Shown here in pieces: positions 45,876-55,763 of a stretch of 59,042 nucleotides of DNA. Position numbers and translations under genes: made by a program. The DNA lies in IMG/VR virus record IMGVR_UViG_3300030110_001528, positions 1 through 59,042 of that record; one strand, written 5' to 3'. The stretch comes from a virus (Duplodnaviria; Caudoviricetes). Every line of letters starts with the position of its first letter. Position 1 is the stretch's first letter. The notes beneath the pieces are model-generated. The model did no database searches. It saw only the letters and a list, made by a program, of their open reading frames with translations, and had not been told where the DNA came from.

Positions 45876-46315
45876 GATACTTTTTCCATACGTTCACAAA
45901 GTCTTTTCGCCCGTTTCGGGACCTGAGAAAACCACCTCGAATCAGCCATTTGAACGGATGCTTCTTTCCAATCGCCATCTTTTACAGCTTGTATCTTCTT
46001 TTTAAACTTGCTGTAACGAGGAAATCCGAGATTAAACATCATATTAGCACATATAAGCTGTACTTCCTCTGGGAGTTTAAACCAATCATCATACACTTTC
46101 TTACAATCATTAATGGTTGTTTGTATGTCTTGGTCAAACAATTCATTACATCTTTCCTGTGTAATGGGCGTTCCTACGGGAAGCTCAAACTCTTCGTCAT
46201 CTTCTCGACATAGATGCCCTATGCCGCACGTTTTAAGCCCAAGATGATCCAAATAGCTGACTAGCTTCACTCCTTCATCAACGGCTAATTCTTCTCTTAA
46301 TCTGTTTAAATTCAT
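45872..46315 (-). CDS. Lysozyme/endolysin (T4-like GH24)
   Basis: DEG....YLDHLG..T.GIGH, NMMFNLG and SRWFSQVPKRA. Confidence 0.9.
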   Translation of the reverse strand: MNLNRLREELAVDEGVKLVSYLDHLGLKTCGIGHLCREDDEEFELPVGTPITQERCNELFDQDIQTTINDCKKVYDDWFKLPEEVQLICANMMFNLGFPRYSKFKKKIQAVKDGDWKEASVQMADSRWFSQVPKRAKRLCERMEKVS

Positions 46316-46316
46316 T

Positions 46317-49310
46317 TTAAATTTTCCCTTGTAATGCCTGTGCTAATGCCAGTGTTTGTGGATTAGGATTAACACTTGGATTTGTTGCAAAAGGACTAAT
46401 ACCTCCAGCACTTGATGCTGCAGACGTTGGTTGCCCTACATTGATTTGTGCTAAACCCGAAGAATTGTTCGGAATTGATACATTCTGCTGGAGCTGAGAT
46501 AATTGTTGGCTCAATCCTGTATTATCCATTAATGCTTTAGCTTGTTTAGCTGTTTCTTGAAAACCGCTTTGTATAGCTTGACCTGTTGCCTGTCTTGCGG
46601 TGGGTATAGATGTCTTTAAAACAGCTCCAAAAGCTCTAGCAAAAGCACTTCTTCGATCTACATTTTTATTAAATTCTTTTCCGTATTTATCTAATACTTC
46701 TTTATAGAAGTTTCTATCACCCAGCAATCTGTTTAAAACAGCGTAACGAGCAATTTTACCTAAATTTTGTAACGGGCTGGCGGCAATGTTAGCTGCTACT
46801 AGATCACCACCTTGTACAGTTCTTGATACAAAATCCATTTCTTTACCGAAAGCAAACATATCTTTAGCTAAATCCTCACCAAAAAATTCTTTTAATTTAC
46901 CAGAGTTATTACTGTCTATTAATCTTTTTGCAAAAGCACTTAAACTTTTTGCATCAGTTAAAGGAGTAGAACCAAAATCTCCTATTAAAGACTTTAAATA
47001 AAATCCTTTTACTTTTTCTCTTGCTGGATCATCTAAGCTTCTAAGTATTCTGGATACTTCAGAAGCTTGTATATTGTTTTGAGCCAGTGCATCAGCGGCT
47101 TGCAATTCATTAAATTTACCTTCACTTACTTGTCTTAGAAAATTAAACTTTTTAACATTAGCTTCTTCTTTAGATGCTTTAAGAACATTTTGCAAAGCTT
47201 GCATAGTATCAGGACTGTCTTTCCATATTTGTTGAATTGTTTCCTCTGACAAATCATTAAAGTTTGTTTGAGCTATTTTTTGAGCTAATTCACGAATCTT
47301 TCCAGTTTCATTGCCGAACAATTCTTTAGCTGTGTTTCCTAGCTGGTCTATTTCTTTTAAAAACATTTGTCCGTTAAATTTATTTGGCGTTAAAGAATCA
47401 ATATTTGATTTTGTCATGGCGTTTCTTAACCATTGACCTGCCATCAGTTTCCTAAAATCTTCTTTCTTTCCAACTCCTGCGATATCACCTGTACCAATAG
47501 CATCAAAAGCTTTTCTTAATGTTTCTGGCTCATTGTTTTTAACAAGTGATCCCATCATGTCCTTGACATCAATATTTTCACCTGTTTGAACAGCGTTTCT
47601 AAGATTTTTTATACCACTTGCTGACTCTACATCTGAAAATATTTTCATTGTTGAATTGTACAAATTACGGTGTTCTTTAATTAATTTATCAGCTCTACTA
47701 AGAATGGTATCTCCAGCACTATCTTTAATAAAACTACTTTGACTGCTTAAAAAATCTTCTAAACTTCTAGGAGTCATAAACTTGTCTAATTCCTTTATGA
47801 CATCATTCATTTGGTTTAAGCCTTTTTGTGTGATGGCTGTCTTTACTCCTCTTGCTGAAGGAATATTAAAATTTTTACCTTTTAAAGTCTCTATAGCTTC
47901 TCTTAATTGATACATTTGAGAAAAAGATAAACTTGCTCTATCCCCACCGCCACGTTTAAATTTTGTAAATTCTTCTATTTTTTTAGATAAAGCGATTAAA
48001 TCTTTTTGGTCTGTATCAAGAATAGTGTCATCTATACCTTTTTTAATGCTTTTTAAATAATTTAATTCTAAACCGCCTTCTCTAAAAATTCCTTGTTGAA
48101 AAACAGGATTTTGTAAGATTGAATCTACTTGTGTAGCACTTTCAGTTATATTATCAGTAGCTTTTGTAAAAGCTGTTGTTAGATAATCTAACGCTTCTCC
48201 ATCTAAATTAGCATTTTTAGATGTAGCCGCTCCCATGTGTCTAATCAAATCATCCATCTGATTTAACACTACTTGTTGTGCTTTTACTTGAGAGCCTTGT
48301 ATGCTTTTATACATATCATCACTTGCTTTTAATAATATACTTCCTATTTCTTCAGGAGTAGCATCTTTGCCAACTTTTGCTTTGTAATCGTTAAGTATTC
48401 TTTGAATATTATCATTGTTATTTTTTAATCTAGTTGATGTACCAAATATTTTTTCACCAATAGCCTGTGCTCTTGCCAACAATGATGGAGCACCAACAGA
48501 GCCTAAAGCAGGTGTAACAGGAACTAAAGTTTCTTTACCGTCTATCATAACTTTTCGGTTAAGAGCACCACCAGCTGCTTCTATTTCTGCTTTTGATAAT
48601 TCTTTACCTGCACCAAAAGCTTTATAAACTTTACTTAATCCCCATAAAGGAATACCGACACCAAGCTCTACACCACCCGCTAGTAAAGCTTCACTACCAA
48701 CATCTTTAGCAACTTCACCAAAAGTTTGTCCTTGTATTCCTGCAAGTGTTTCACCTACTTCTTCTATCGCTTGTCCACCACCTGCACCAACGGCAGCTCC
48801 TGCTGCACCTGCACCAACCATTGCTAATGGACCAAATGGTGCGGCTAAAGCAGCACCTTTTACAGCACCTGAAACACCACCTGCCAGTTCAGGAGCTATA
48901 CCAGTAAGATCAAGAAAGTCATATTTACTAAACCCAGACTCATCAACAAGTGTAGGCATTTTTAAATCTAAACCTAACTTTTTACCTCCTGAAGGCAGGA
49001 TAGCAAGTCTACCTCTTTTATCACGAGTGTAGTCATCTTCGCCTAATCCATAGCTTGCAAGGGTTTTAGCTTCATCTTTAGCATCATCAGCAAGACCTAA
49101 TGTTGCACGTAACCCAGCAAGACGCACCCCTGATTTAGTATCGAACATTTGTTCGTCTTTAGATTCTTTTTTAACAGATGGTTGTTTTCCTAATCTTTTT
49201 CTTTCTGTTATAAATTTATTAATTTTTAATTGTTCTTCAACAGTTGGTGTATCACCAGCAATATTAACAACCACAGATTCGTTAGGTAATTTTATTCTTA
49301 TTTTTCCCAT
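46317..49310 (-). CDS. Internal virion/ejection protein (large)
   Basis: 997 aa helical protein with a Gly/Ala hydrophobic stretch, downstream of the tail genes. Confidence 0.65.
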   Translation of the reverse strand: MGKIRIKLPNESVVVNIAGDTPTVEEQLKINKFITERKRLGKQPSVKKESKDEQMFDTKSGVRLAGLRATLGLADDAKDEAKTLASYGLGEDDYTRDKRGRLAILPSGGKKLGLDLKMPTLVDESGFSKYDFLDLTGIAPELAGGVSGAVKGAALAAPFGPLAMVGAGAAGAAVGAGGGQAIEEVGETLAGIQGQTFGEVAKDVGSEALLAGGVELGVGIPLWGLSKVYKAFGAGKELSKAEIEAAGGALNRKVMIDGKETLVPVTPALGSVGAPSLLARAQAIGEKIFGTSTRLKNNNDNIQRILNDYKAKVGKDATPEEIGSILLKASDDMYKSIQGSQVKAQQVVLNQMDDLIRHMGAATSKNANLDGEALDYLTTAFTKATDNITESATQVDSILQNPVFQQGIFREGGLELNYLKSIKKGIDDTILDTDQKDLIALSKKIEEFTKFKRGGGDRASLSFSQMYQLREAIETLKGKNFNIPSARGVKTAITQKGLNQMNDVIKELDKFMTPRSLEDFLSSQSSFIKDSAGDTILSRADKLIKEHRNLYNSTMKIFSDVESASGIKNLRNAVQTGENIDVKDMMGSLVKNNEPETLRKAFDAIGTGDIAGVGKKEDFRKLMAGQWLRNAMTKSNIDSLTPNKFNGQMFLKEIDQLGNTAKELFGNETGKIRELAQKIAQTNFNDLSEETIQQIWKDSPDTMQALQNVLKASKEEANVKKFNFLRQVSEGKFNELQAADALAQNNIQASEVSRILRSLDDPAREKVKGFYLKSLIGDFGSTPLTDAKSLSAFAKRLIDSNNSGKLKEFFGEDLAKDMFAFGKEMDFVSRTVQGGDLVAANIAASPLQNLGKIARYAVLNRLLGDRNFYKEVLDKYGKEFNKNVDRRSAFARAFGAVLKTSIPTARQATGQAIQSGFQETAKQAKALMDNTGLSQQLSQLQQNVSIPNNSSGLAQINVGQPTSAASSAGGISPFATNPSVNPNPQTLALAQALQGKI

Positions 49311-49318
49311 AAAAAACC

Positions 49319-51247
49319 TTATTTAGTAGCATCAAATTCTAACATTCCGTCTTTACCTATTGTAGGGTCTTTAAAATTGATAGTGCTTTGATAAACAGAA
49401 GAGTCTTGTAATATAGACATTACATCATTAAAAACATTTTTATTTATATACATACTTGTATCTCCTAATGTTTTCAAACCATTTTCTATTTCTGCATTTC
49501 TACCTCTAAAAATTCCTCTTAATTGTTCTAATCTTTCTCTTTTCTCTGCTCCACTTAATGTTGCAGATGTTATATCACCAACAAGTTTTTGTAATCTTAG
49601 ATAATCACCCTCAGATATACCATTACCTGTTTCTTTACTTAAAAATCTTTTACTTTCTGCTAAAATTCTATCTGTCAAAGCTGAAGCTTTTGAAGTATTT
49701 GTTAAACCGTCATACTTTGTGCCATCTTCAGCAGTAAAACTTTGTCCCAAGTCTATATCTAAACCTATATTTTTAAGTTGATTTTGAACTTTTGAAAATA
49801 TAGTTCCAACAGCGTTAGAACTTAAAAACCCACCATCTTCGTCTGACATATCGTTAACAATACCTTCTAAAGTATCAATTAAACTCATAGTTTGGGTAAC
49901 ATTTCCGTGAGCTACAGCATAATTTCTAGCGGCTGTTTTACCATTCATAACGTATTGCATACCTGATTTAGTGTCAGAGGCTGTTTGAATATATAGGGTT
50001 TTTTCCATTCCTTGTACACCCATTTTATCAAAACCTTTTAAATCAAATCCTTGATTAGAAGCTTTTATAAGTTCTTTATTAATTTCGTTTTTATATTCTA
50101 AGTCTTTTTCTTTAGCAGTTAACTGAGCTTTCAAAATTTCTAACTGTTGTTTTTGTGCAAAATCAAGATTCTTTACATTAATTTCATTTAAGGCGGCTCT
50201 TTGTTCTTTTAACAATGCAGATCGTGATGCTTCATCTTTAGCAATTTCTCCAAGAGCATATTTACCACCAGCTAATTGACCTGCTTTAGCTTCTTTAATA
50301 GCAGATTCAGCTAATGGTAAGGCAGCTTCTCCAGCTTTACCAACTTCATTTAACATCTTTCCTACATTAAATTTCTTTCCTGCTTTGTTTTGCATAAGAT
50401 GTAAACCTAAAGCTGTCATAGCTGCTCTCATATCTGGTTTACCCGAAGGATCAATGCCTGTTGCTTCAAAAAATTCTTGTTTATATTTTTGTATATCTTC
50501 ATCTCTTGTATTGCCTTTTGAATCTTCAGCTAACAGTTTAGAATATTTATCTGCTGTTTCATCTACTAAATTTTGAGTGTATTTATCTAAATCTGATTGT
50601 TTTTTAGTAGGGTCAATAAATTCAACAGAAGGTAAACCTTGCTCTTCTGGTCCTTCACCTTCGGGAATAGTTGGGTCGGTTGCACCTGCACCTGCACCTG
50701 TTGTGTTTACAACTGTTGTGTTTGCACCATCTCCATCTGTAATAGCTTTAGGTATGGTTTTAATTTGATCTGGAATTTTTAAAGCATCTAATTGTTCTTG
50801 TATTATTTGTGCTGGGTCGTCTTTAATTTGATCTGGCACTCCCATAGGTTTGTTAAATAATTTATTAAAACCACTTAAATCATTTTTTTCCATATAATCT
50901 TGAAAGTTATCAGAAAAAGTATTTTTATCTTCGGGTTTTTTAGCTAAAGGACTTTTTGATCCAAGTATTGCAGGTATGTTTAAAATACCTTGTGCAGGTC
51001 GCATCCCAAAATCGTACAAACCTAAAAGAGTTTCTAATCCAGCATCAGTAGCAGAACCTAATCCTTTAAGAAGAGTTTCACCAATTGTTATATTTGGATC
51101 AGTGTAGTCTTTTGCAAGAGAACTAAATCCTTTATCTTTTCCAACAAGATACCTTTTACCACCTGTTATATCTAAACCTGCCAAACCCGGTAAGTTTGGG
51201 TAAGGGTTGAATATTTTATTTAACAATGGTCTATTATCTTCAGCCAT
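49319..51247 (-). CDS. Internal virion/ejection protein
   Basis: 642 aa coiled coil in the same block. Confidence 0.6.
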   Translation of the reverse strand: MAEDNRPLLNKIFNPYPNLPGLAGLDITGGKRYLVGKDKGFSSLAKDYTDPNITIGETLLKGLGSATDAGLETLLGLYDFGMRPAQGILNIPAILGSKSPLAKKPEDKNTFSDNFQDYMEKNDLSGFNKLFNKPMGVPDQIKDDPAQIIQEQLDALKIPDQIKTIPKAITDGDGANTTVVNTTGAGAGATDPTIPEGEGPEEQGLPSVEFIDPTKKQSDLDKYTQNLVDETADKYSKLLAEDSKGNTRDEDIQKYKQEFFEATGIDPSGKPDMRAAMTALGLHLMQNKAGKKFNVGKMLNEVGKAGEAALPLAESAIKEAKAGQLAGGKYALGEIAKDEASRSALLKEQRAALNEINVKNLDFAQKQQLEILKAQLTAKEKDLEYKNEINKELIKASNQGFDLKGFDKMGVQGMEKTLYIQTASDTKSGMQYVMNGKTAARNYAVAHGNVTQTMSLIDTLEGIVNDMSDEDGGFLSSNAVGTIFSKVQNQLKNIGLDIDLGQSFTAEDGTKYDGLTNTSKASALTDRILAESKRFLSKETGNGISEGDYLRLQKLVGDITSATLSGAEKRERLEQLRGIFRGRNAEIENGLKTLGDTSMYINKNVFNDVMSILQDSSVYQSTINFKDPTIGKDGMLEFDATK

Positions 51248-51249
51248 AT

Positions 51250-52305
51250 TTAAGCACTCGTTCCACGAGGAGCTACACCTTGTAAGGCTGTATAAGCTCC
51301 CACACCTGATAAGAAAGGATTAGGGTCAGGTGTCGCTGCTGATTTAAAGGTGCTGGCTATACTAGAACTTGGCATACCTGATATAAAGTTTGAACCAAGT
51401 TGAAGTCTTGTAAATGGCTCCATAATACCTTGCATTTGATTTTGTCTGTAGGCATCAAGAATTTGTTGTTGGTAATCTCTTCCAAAATTACCCATACCCA
51501 TCATTTGGTTTAAATCAGCTCTACCAAGTTCAGATGTTAATCTTCCAAGATCGCCTGTAGTTCCTGCAAAACGATTGTAAGCATCACCCATACCAGTAAA
51601 TTTACCACCAATATCTCCAAATCGACTACCAATCATTCCTAACTGTCCACCAAGACCACCCATAAGCTGTGTTCCTGTTAACATATTTTTCATAGCACCT
51701 TGGAAACCACCAGAGCGTAGTTTACTTAATGCACTTGCTTTTGTATCAGCAACATTTTTTGCAAGTTCTGCTTCTAAAACAGCCCCACGACCACTGCCTC
51801 TTGTGCCTTGACCCTTTCTCTGTAAATTGCTTAACAATTTGTTTCGTTGTTTTGTAGCACCTCTATCAATATCAGCTTCTGTTGCACTTACAACATCTTC
51901 CAAATAAGGGTCCATATATTGTTTGTATGCTTGACCAGGGTCAGCTAATTGTCCTAATCCTGCACCGATAGCTGTTGAACCAGCTCCTAAAGACCCCATT
52001 CCTGTGCCTAAAGCTCCAGCTCCAGCACCTAAAGAACCAAGACCTGCACCGACTTGATCCGATGCACTTTGCATAAATGGTGCATAAGACCCGAACATTT
52101 GTGGGGCATACGCCATCGCCATTTGTTGCATTGGGTCCATTCCTGCTATTTTAAAGTCAGGTAAATTAATAGGTCTGTCTATTAAACCAGGCGTTGTTTG
52201 AGAGTCACCATCAAATTGACCGAATACACTTTGAAGAATACGTTTTTGTAAACCCTCTAAGTAAGGAGGTAATCTATTCATTGATTCTACAGTTTGAACT
52301 GCCAT
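51250..52305 (-). CDS. Internal virion/ejection protein
   Basis: 351 aa G/Q/A-rich; QYMDPY..DVV motif. Confidence 0.65.
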   Translation of the reverse strand: MAVQTVESMNRLPPYLEGLQKRILQSVFGQFDGDSQTTPGLIDRPINLPDFKIAGMDPMQQMAMAYAPQMFGSYAPFMQSASDQVGAGLGSLGAGAGALGTGMGSLGAGSTAIGAGLGQLADPGQAYKQYMDPYLEDVVSATEADIDRGATKQRNKLLSNLQRKGQGTRGSGRGAVLEAELAKNVADTKASALSKLRSGGFQGAMKNMLTGTQLMGGLGGQLGMIGSRFGDIGGKFTGMGDAYNRFAGTTGDLGRLTSELGRADLNQMMGMGNFGRDYQQQILDAYRQNQMQGIMEPFTRLQLGSNFISGMPSSSIASTFKSAATPDPNPFLSGVGAYTALQGVAPRGTSA

Positions 52306-53150
52306 TACGCCATCCCTTCTAAATTACCCATCATATCATAGGCTCTTTGTATTCCAAGATTTTGATTTCCATTACCTAAACCTTTTACAGCATCTTTTGT
52401 CAACACAAATTCTCCTGCTGTTAACATAGCAGGTACGTCATCAACCTTACCTCCACCTTCGTATGGCATTATCGCACCATCTCTTCGAGGGAAACCCGGT
52501 TTACTAATCTGTTGTGGCATAGCAGGTCCACCCATTGCTGCGTACCGTATTCCACCTATTTGACCACCAGGTCCACCTTGTCCAAAAGGCATTCTTTGGT
52601 AATTAAATGGTGATGAAGTATCTTCGTCATCATCTCCTGCAAGAAGTTGAGCTAAAAGACCTGCAGCTAATCCTTCACCTAATTTAGAATTTAATATACT
52701 TCCTAAAAAATTATCTTCCAGACCTATTTTTTTAAGCATATCATACGAAAGAGTATTCTTTGAAGGATCACTAGAACTACTAGAACTAGTATTAGTTTGT
52801 GATGGGGATACTCCTTTTTTCATACCTTCGTTAAAAGCACCAGTTAAAATATTTGATCCAGTGCCAGCCCTAACAGGAACATTTGTTCGGGTTTGAGGAA
52901 TAATATTAGGGAATTTTTCTTGCAAAGCAGTTCCTCCAATGCCACCTAATAAAGCTGATTTAAGGGCATCTTTTGGCTTACCACCCATTACCAAGCTTCC
53001 TATTCCACTTGTCAAAGCTTTGGTTATAAAAGGATTAGACCCCGCTGTTGTCAGCCCAAGAGCTTTCAAACCAGTTCCAGCCATAGGGCCAAGAAAAGTA
53101 CCAGCAGCGGCAGGAAGAACAACTTTTTTTAATATATCACTTAAACCCAT
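52305..53150 (-). CDS. Internal virion protein
   Basis: 281 aa; DDVPAMLTAGEFVLTKDAV C-terminal motif. Confidence 0.65.
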   Translation of the reverse strand: MGLSDILKKVVLPAAAGTFLGPMAGTGLKALGLTTAGSNPFITKALTSGIGSLVMGGKPKDALKSALLGGIGGTALQEKFPNIIPQTRTNVPVRAGTGSNILTGAFNEGMKKGVSPSQTNTSSSSSSDPSKNTLSYDMLKKIGLEDNFLGSILNSKLGEGLAAGLLAQLLAGDDDEDTSSPFNYQRMPFGQGGPGGQIGGIRYAAMGGPAMPQQISKPGFPRRDGAIMPYEGGGKVDDVPAMLTAGEFVLTKDAVKGLGNGNQNLGIQRAYDMMGNLEGMA

Positions 53151-53158
53151 AACGTATC

Positions 53159-53482
53159 CTAACTTATTTCTAAATAACTAGCAACTATATGTAAACGATT
53201 ACCTGTAGCTACTTGTGCTTTTAATATTTCAGAATCTTGTAACACTAAAGGCTGTGTTAATAGTTCAACTGTTGCTTTTGCTGATATAGCCTTATCTTTA
53301 AATATAGGTATTACGGCAGAAGCGGTATCTGTTATTGTTATCGTAATTGTATCAGCATTATTACTGTCCTCTGTTACAAGTATAGATTTTATTATATTTG
53401 TCGCACCCGCAGGTGTTGTTAATATAGTTTCATTATCTGTATCAGTAAAATCAAATTTTGCGTTTTTATATGTATTAGCCAT
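53159..53482 (-). CDS. Small tail protein
   Basis: 107 aa beta-rich; IIKSILV...SYLEIS. Confidence 0.65.
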   Translation of the reverse strand: MANTYKNAKFDFTDTDNETILTTPAGATNIIKSILVTEDSNNADTITITITDTASAVIPIFKDKAISAKATVELLTQPLVLQDSEILKAQVATGNRLHIVASYLEIS

Positions 53483-53643
53483 TAATCAAAAAACCAACTT
53501 ACTGCTTCATTACTGTTTGACACAGACGATGAATTTGTTTGTGTTATAAATAATTCTAATGCTCTTGTTAAGTCTTGCATGTATTGTCTATCAATTTGTT
53601 CAGGAGGTTCTGGTAATCTCGGTGGAACAAGTATAACTGACAT
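53482..53643 (-). CDS. 53-aa tail-module protein (below the ORF-track cutoff)
   Basis: MSVILVPPRLPEPPEQIDRQY...VSWFFD; coupled at both ends. Confidence 0.6.
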   Translation of the reverse strand: MSVILVPPRLPEPPEQIDRQYMQDLTRALELFITQTNSSSVSNSNEAVSWFFD

Positions 53644-55763
53644 TATCGCCTCCCATCAGGTCGAATATCAATTCTTGGAGAACCTAATTTCCATTTCATT
53701 TTTAAAGCACTTGATGCAATTCGTAAAGCAAAAGATCGACCTCTTGCCCTTAAATGTAATTGATTTGTGTACTCTTCAACAGGTGAAGTAGATGTTCTTG
53801 TAGTTACTCCACTGTCTGTGTCATTAAAATTATTACCGGGGAAATTACGAGCTTTAATTGTAAAAGTTGCCGCAGGGCTACTGCTCGTAAGTGAACCATC
53901 AAACGTAAGATCGGGGATAACTCGTTGTATCAAACTAAAACGATCACCATCACCAATATCCATAGAACCTGACTCAACATAAGAACTCATAGCCGAACCA
54001 TCATCATCATATCCAAATTCATGGTTGTAAAGATAACCTCCCCCTGCGGCTATGGGGTAAAAACGTGTTCCACGATCAATCCATGATGTTCTTACAATTG
54101 ATCCATAATACCAAACTTTTTCAGCATAATTGTAAACAACATAACGATCATTTTCGCCTGTGCCATCATTTGCTAATGAATTGCTTTCGGAAGGATAAAA
54201 CCAAATAACTTCGCTAAACTCGGAGTTAATTGATGCGTACACTTTATCTTTTTGCGAACTATTAAAATCTAAAAAAACTTTATCTTTGACAGTACAAGGC
54301 AATTGTTGCGTTTGACCAGCATAAACGTAAAAGTTATCAGTTCCCATCCAAAAAACAACATCTTCTGTAGCCACAGCTGCTTTAGGCCCCATAATTGTAA
54401 TGTTTGATGATAACTGACTAATACCATAATATAAAGGATCACCAATATATCGCAATGTATGCAATGATCTATCTGTCCAAACAAGTATCTCACGTTTTGT
54501 TTCAACTGCTTGTATAAAAGAAGAACCAGAACCTATACTTAAAAAACTAGCACTTGTGTCTGAAGATACAGTCCACACAAGAGGGTCATTATAAGTTGAA
54601 AATCGTATTAATAACGGGTCTTGAACTGTTGTTCCATAAGTATTTGCTCCAAATGCAAAAGTATGTCCTTGGTCACTAACAAGAACTTGTTTTGCAATAG
54701 TTGGAACATTAGCAGCTCCTGATACTGTGCTTATCTCTACGGCACGAGTTGTAAGACCATTGGTTTTATCCCAATAATAAATAGCACCATCTCTAGGATT
54801 TATTAATAAATCCTCATTAAAATTATCATGCGACCATGTTCTCAATTCGGTTTTAGTAGCTACAGTACTAGCATTACCCCAGCCTATAAAATCATCGGAC
54901 GCTGTAGCGTTGCCTTTTGCAAGCCGAACAATTGTGTTGTCAGCATGAGTAGCTGCTGTTGTACCACCATGATTTCTTGTAACATTTAAGGTGTTATCAT
55001 CAGTATCCCCTGCAACCAGCATAAGTTCTTCGTCAATTAAAATAACATCCCCTGCGGTGGTTATGCCTGTTTCATCGTCAACATCAATAGCTGTTTCACT
55101 GTCATCAAGGGCTTCGGCTAATTGTGTTGTCAAGGCTCCTGCTGTTGTTCCACCAAATAACCCAGAACCCCAACCTGTACCACCAACTTGAGAATCAAGG
55201 CCCGTGGACAATTGATAAGCAGCATCCGTAGCACTGCCCCCTGTGCCAGAATCAGAAGCATTGGCTGCTACACTAGCCGTAAAAGTGTATACGTTTGCGT
55301 TTGTAACCGAAACAACCTGATGTTCTGCGTTAAGTATGGTTGCTGTAATAACGCCTCCTAAACTAACAGCAGAACTAAAAGTAACAAAGTCACCTACGTT
55401 AGCTCCGTGGTTTGATTCCGTAACGGTTATAGTTGTTGAACCATTCGTTGCGGCAAAAGTTGTAGAGTTTGTTGTTGAAGTACGAAGAGGTGTTATATCA
55501 CTAAACGATGCCCCCTCTTCAATGTAATATTTAAGGTGCGTTCCTATTCCTAAATAATCTGATCCGTCTAACGCTATCCAATTATGCAACCGTCTTGCTG
55601 TGCCTTGGTACGTAGAAGCTGAATACTTTTCCCAACCCCCTATTTTCTCTGGATAACCCATTCTAAACCGAACTTTATCACAATCAGACCAACCTCCTTC
55701 GTTACTATACGAAGTAACTTCTCTATTTATACCTGGTCTAAATTGTAGTTTTGTTAAGGGCAT
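53643..55763 (-). CDS. Tail nozzle / tubular B (P22 gp10-like)
   Basis: 706 aa; VRFRMGYPEKIGGW, EVIWFYPS, YVVYNY and C-terminal PDGRR. Confidence 0.75.
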   Translation of the reverse strand: MPLTKLQFRPGINREVTSYSNEGGWSDCDKVRFRMGYPEKIGGWEKYSASTYQGTARRLHNWIALDGSDYLGIGTHLKYYIEEGASFSDITPLRTSTTNSTTFAATNGSTTITVTESNHGANVGDFVTFSSAVSLGGVITATILNAEHQVVSVTNANVYTFTASVAANASDSGTGGSATDAAYQLSTGLDSQVGGTGWGSGLFGGTTAGALTTQLAEALDDSETAIDVDDETGITTAGDVILIDEELMLVAGDTDDNTLNVTRNHGGTTAATHADNTIVRLAKGNATASDDFIGWGNASTVATKTELRTWSHDNFNEDLLINPRDGAIYYWDKTNGLTTRAVEISTVSGAANVPTIAKQVLVSDQGHTFAFGANTYGTTVQDPLLIRFSTYNDPLVWTVSSDTSASFLSIGSGSSFIQAVETKREILVWTDRSLHTLRYIGDPLYYGISQLSSNITIMGPKAAVATEDVVFWMGTDNFYVYAGQTQQLPCTVKDKVFLDFNSSQKDKVYASINSEFSEVIWFYPSESNSLANDGTGENDRYVVYNYAEKVWYYGSIVRTSWIDRGTRFYPIAAGGGYLYNHEFGYDDDGSAMSSYVESGSMDIGDGDRFSLIQRVIPDLTFDGSLTSSSPAATFTIKARNFPGNNFNDTDSGVTTRTSTSPVEEYTNQLHLRARGRSFALRIASSALKMKWKLGSPRIDIRPDGRR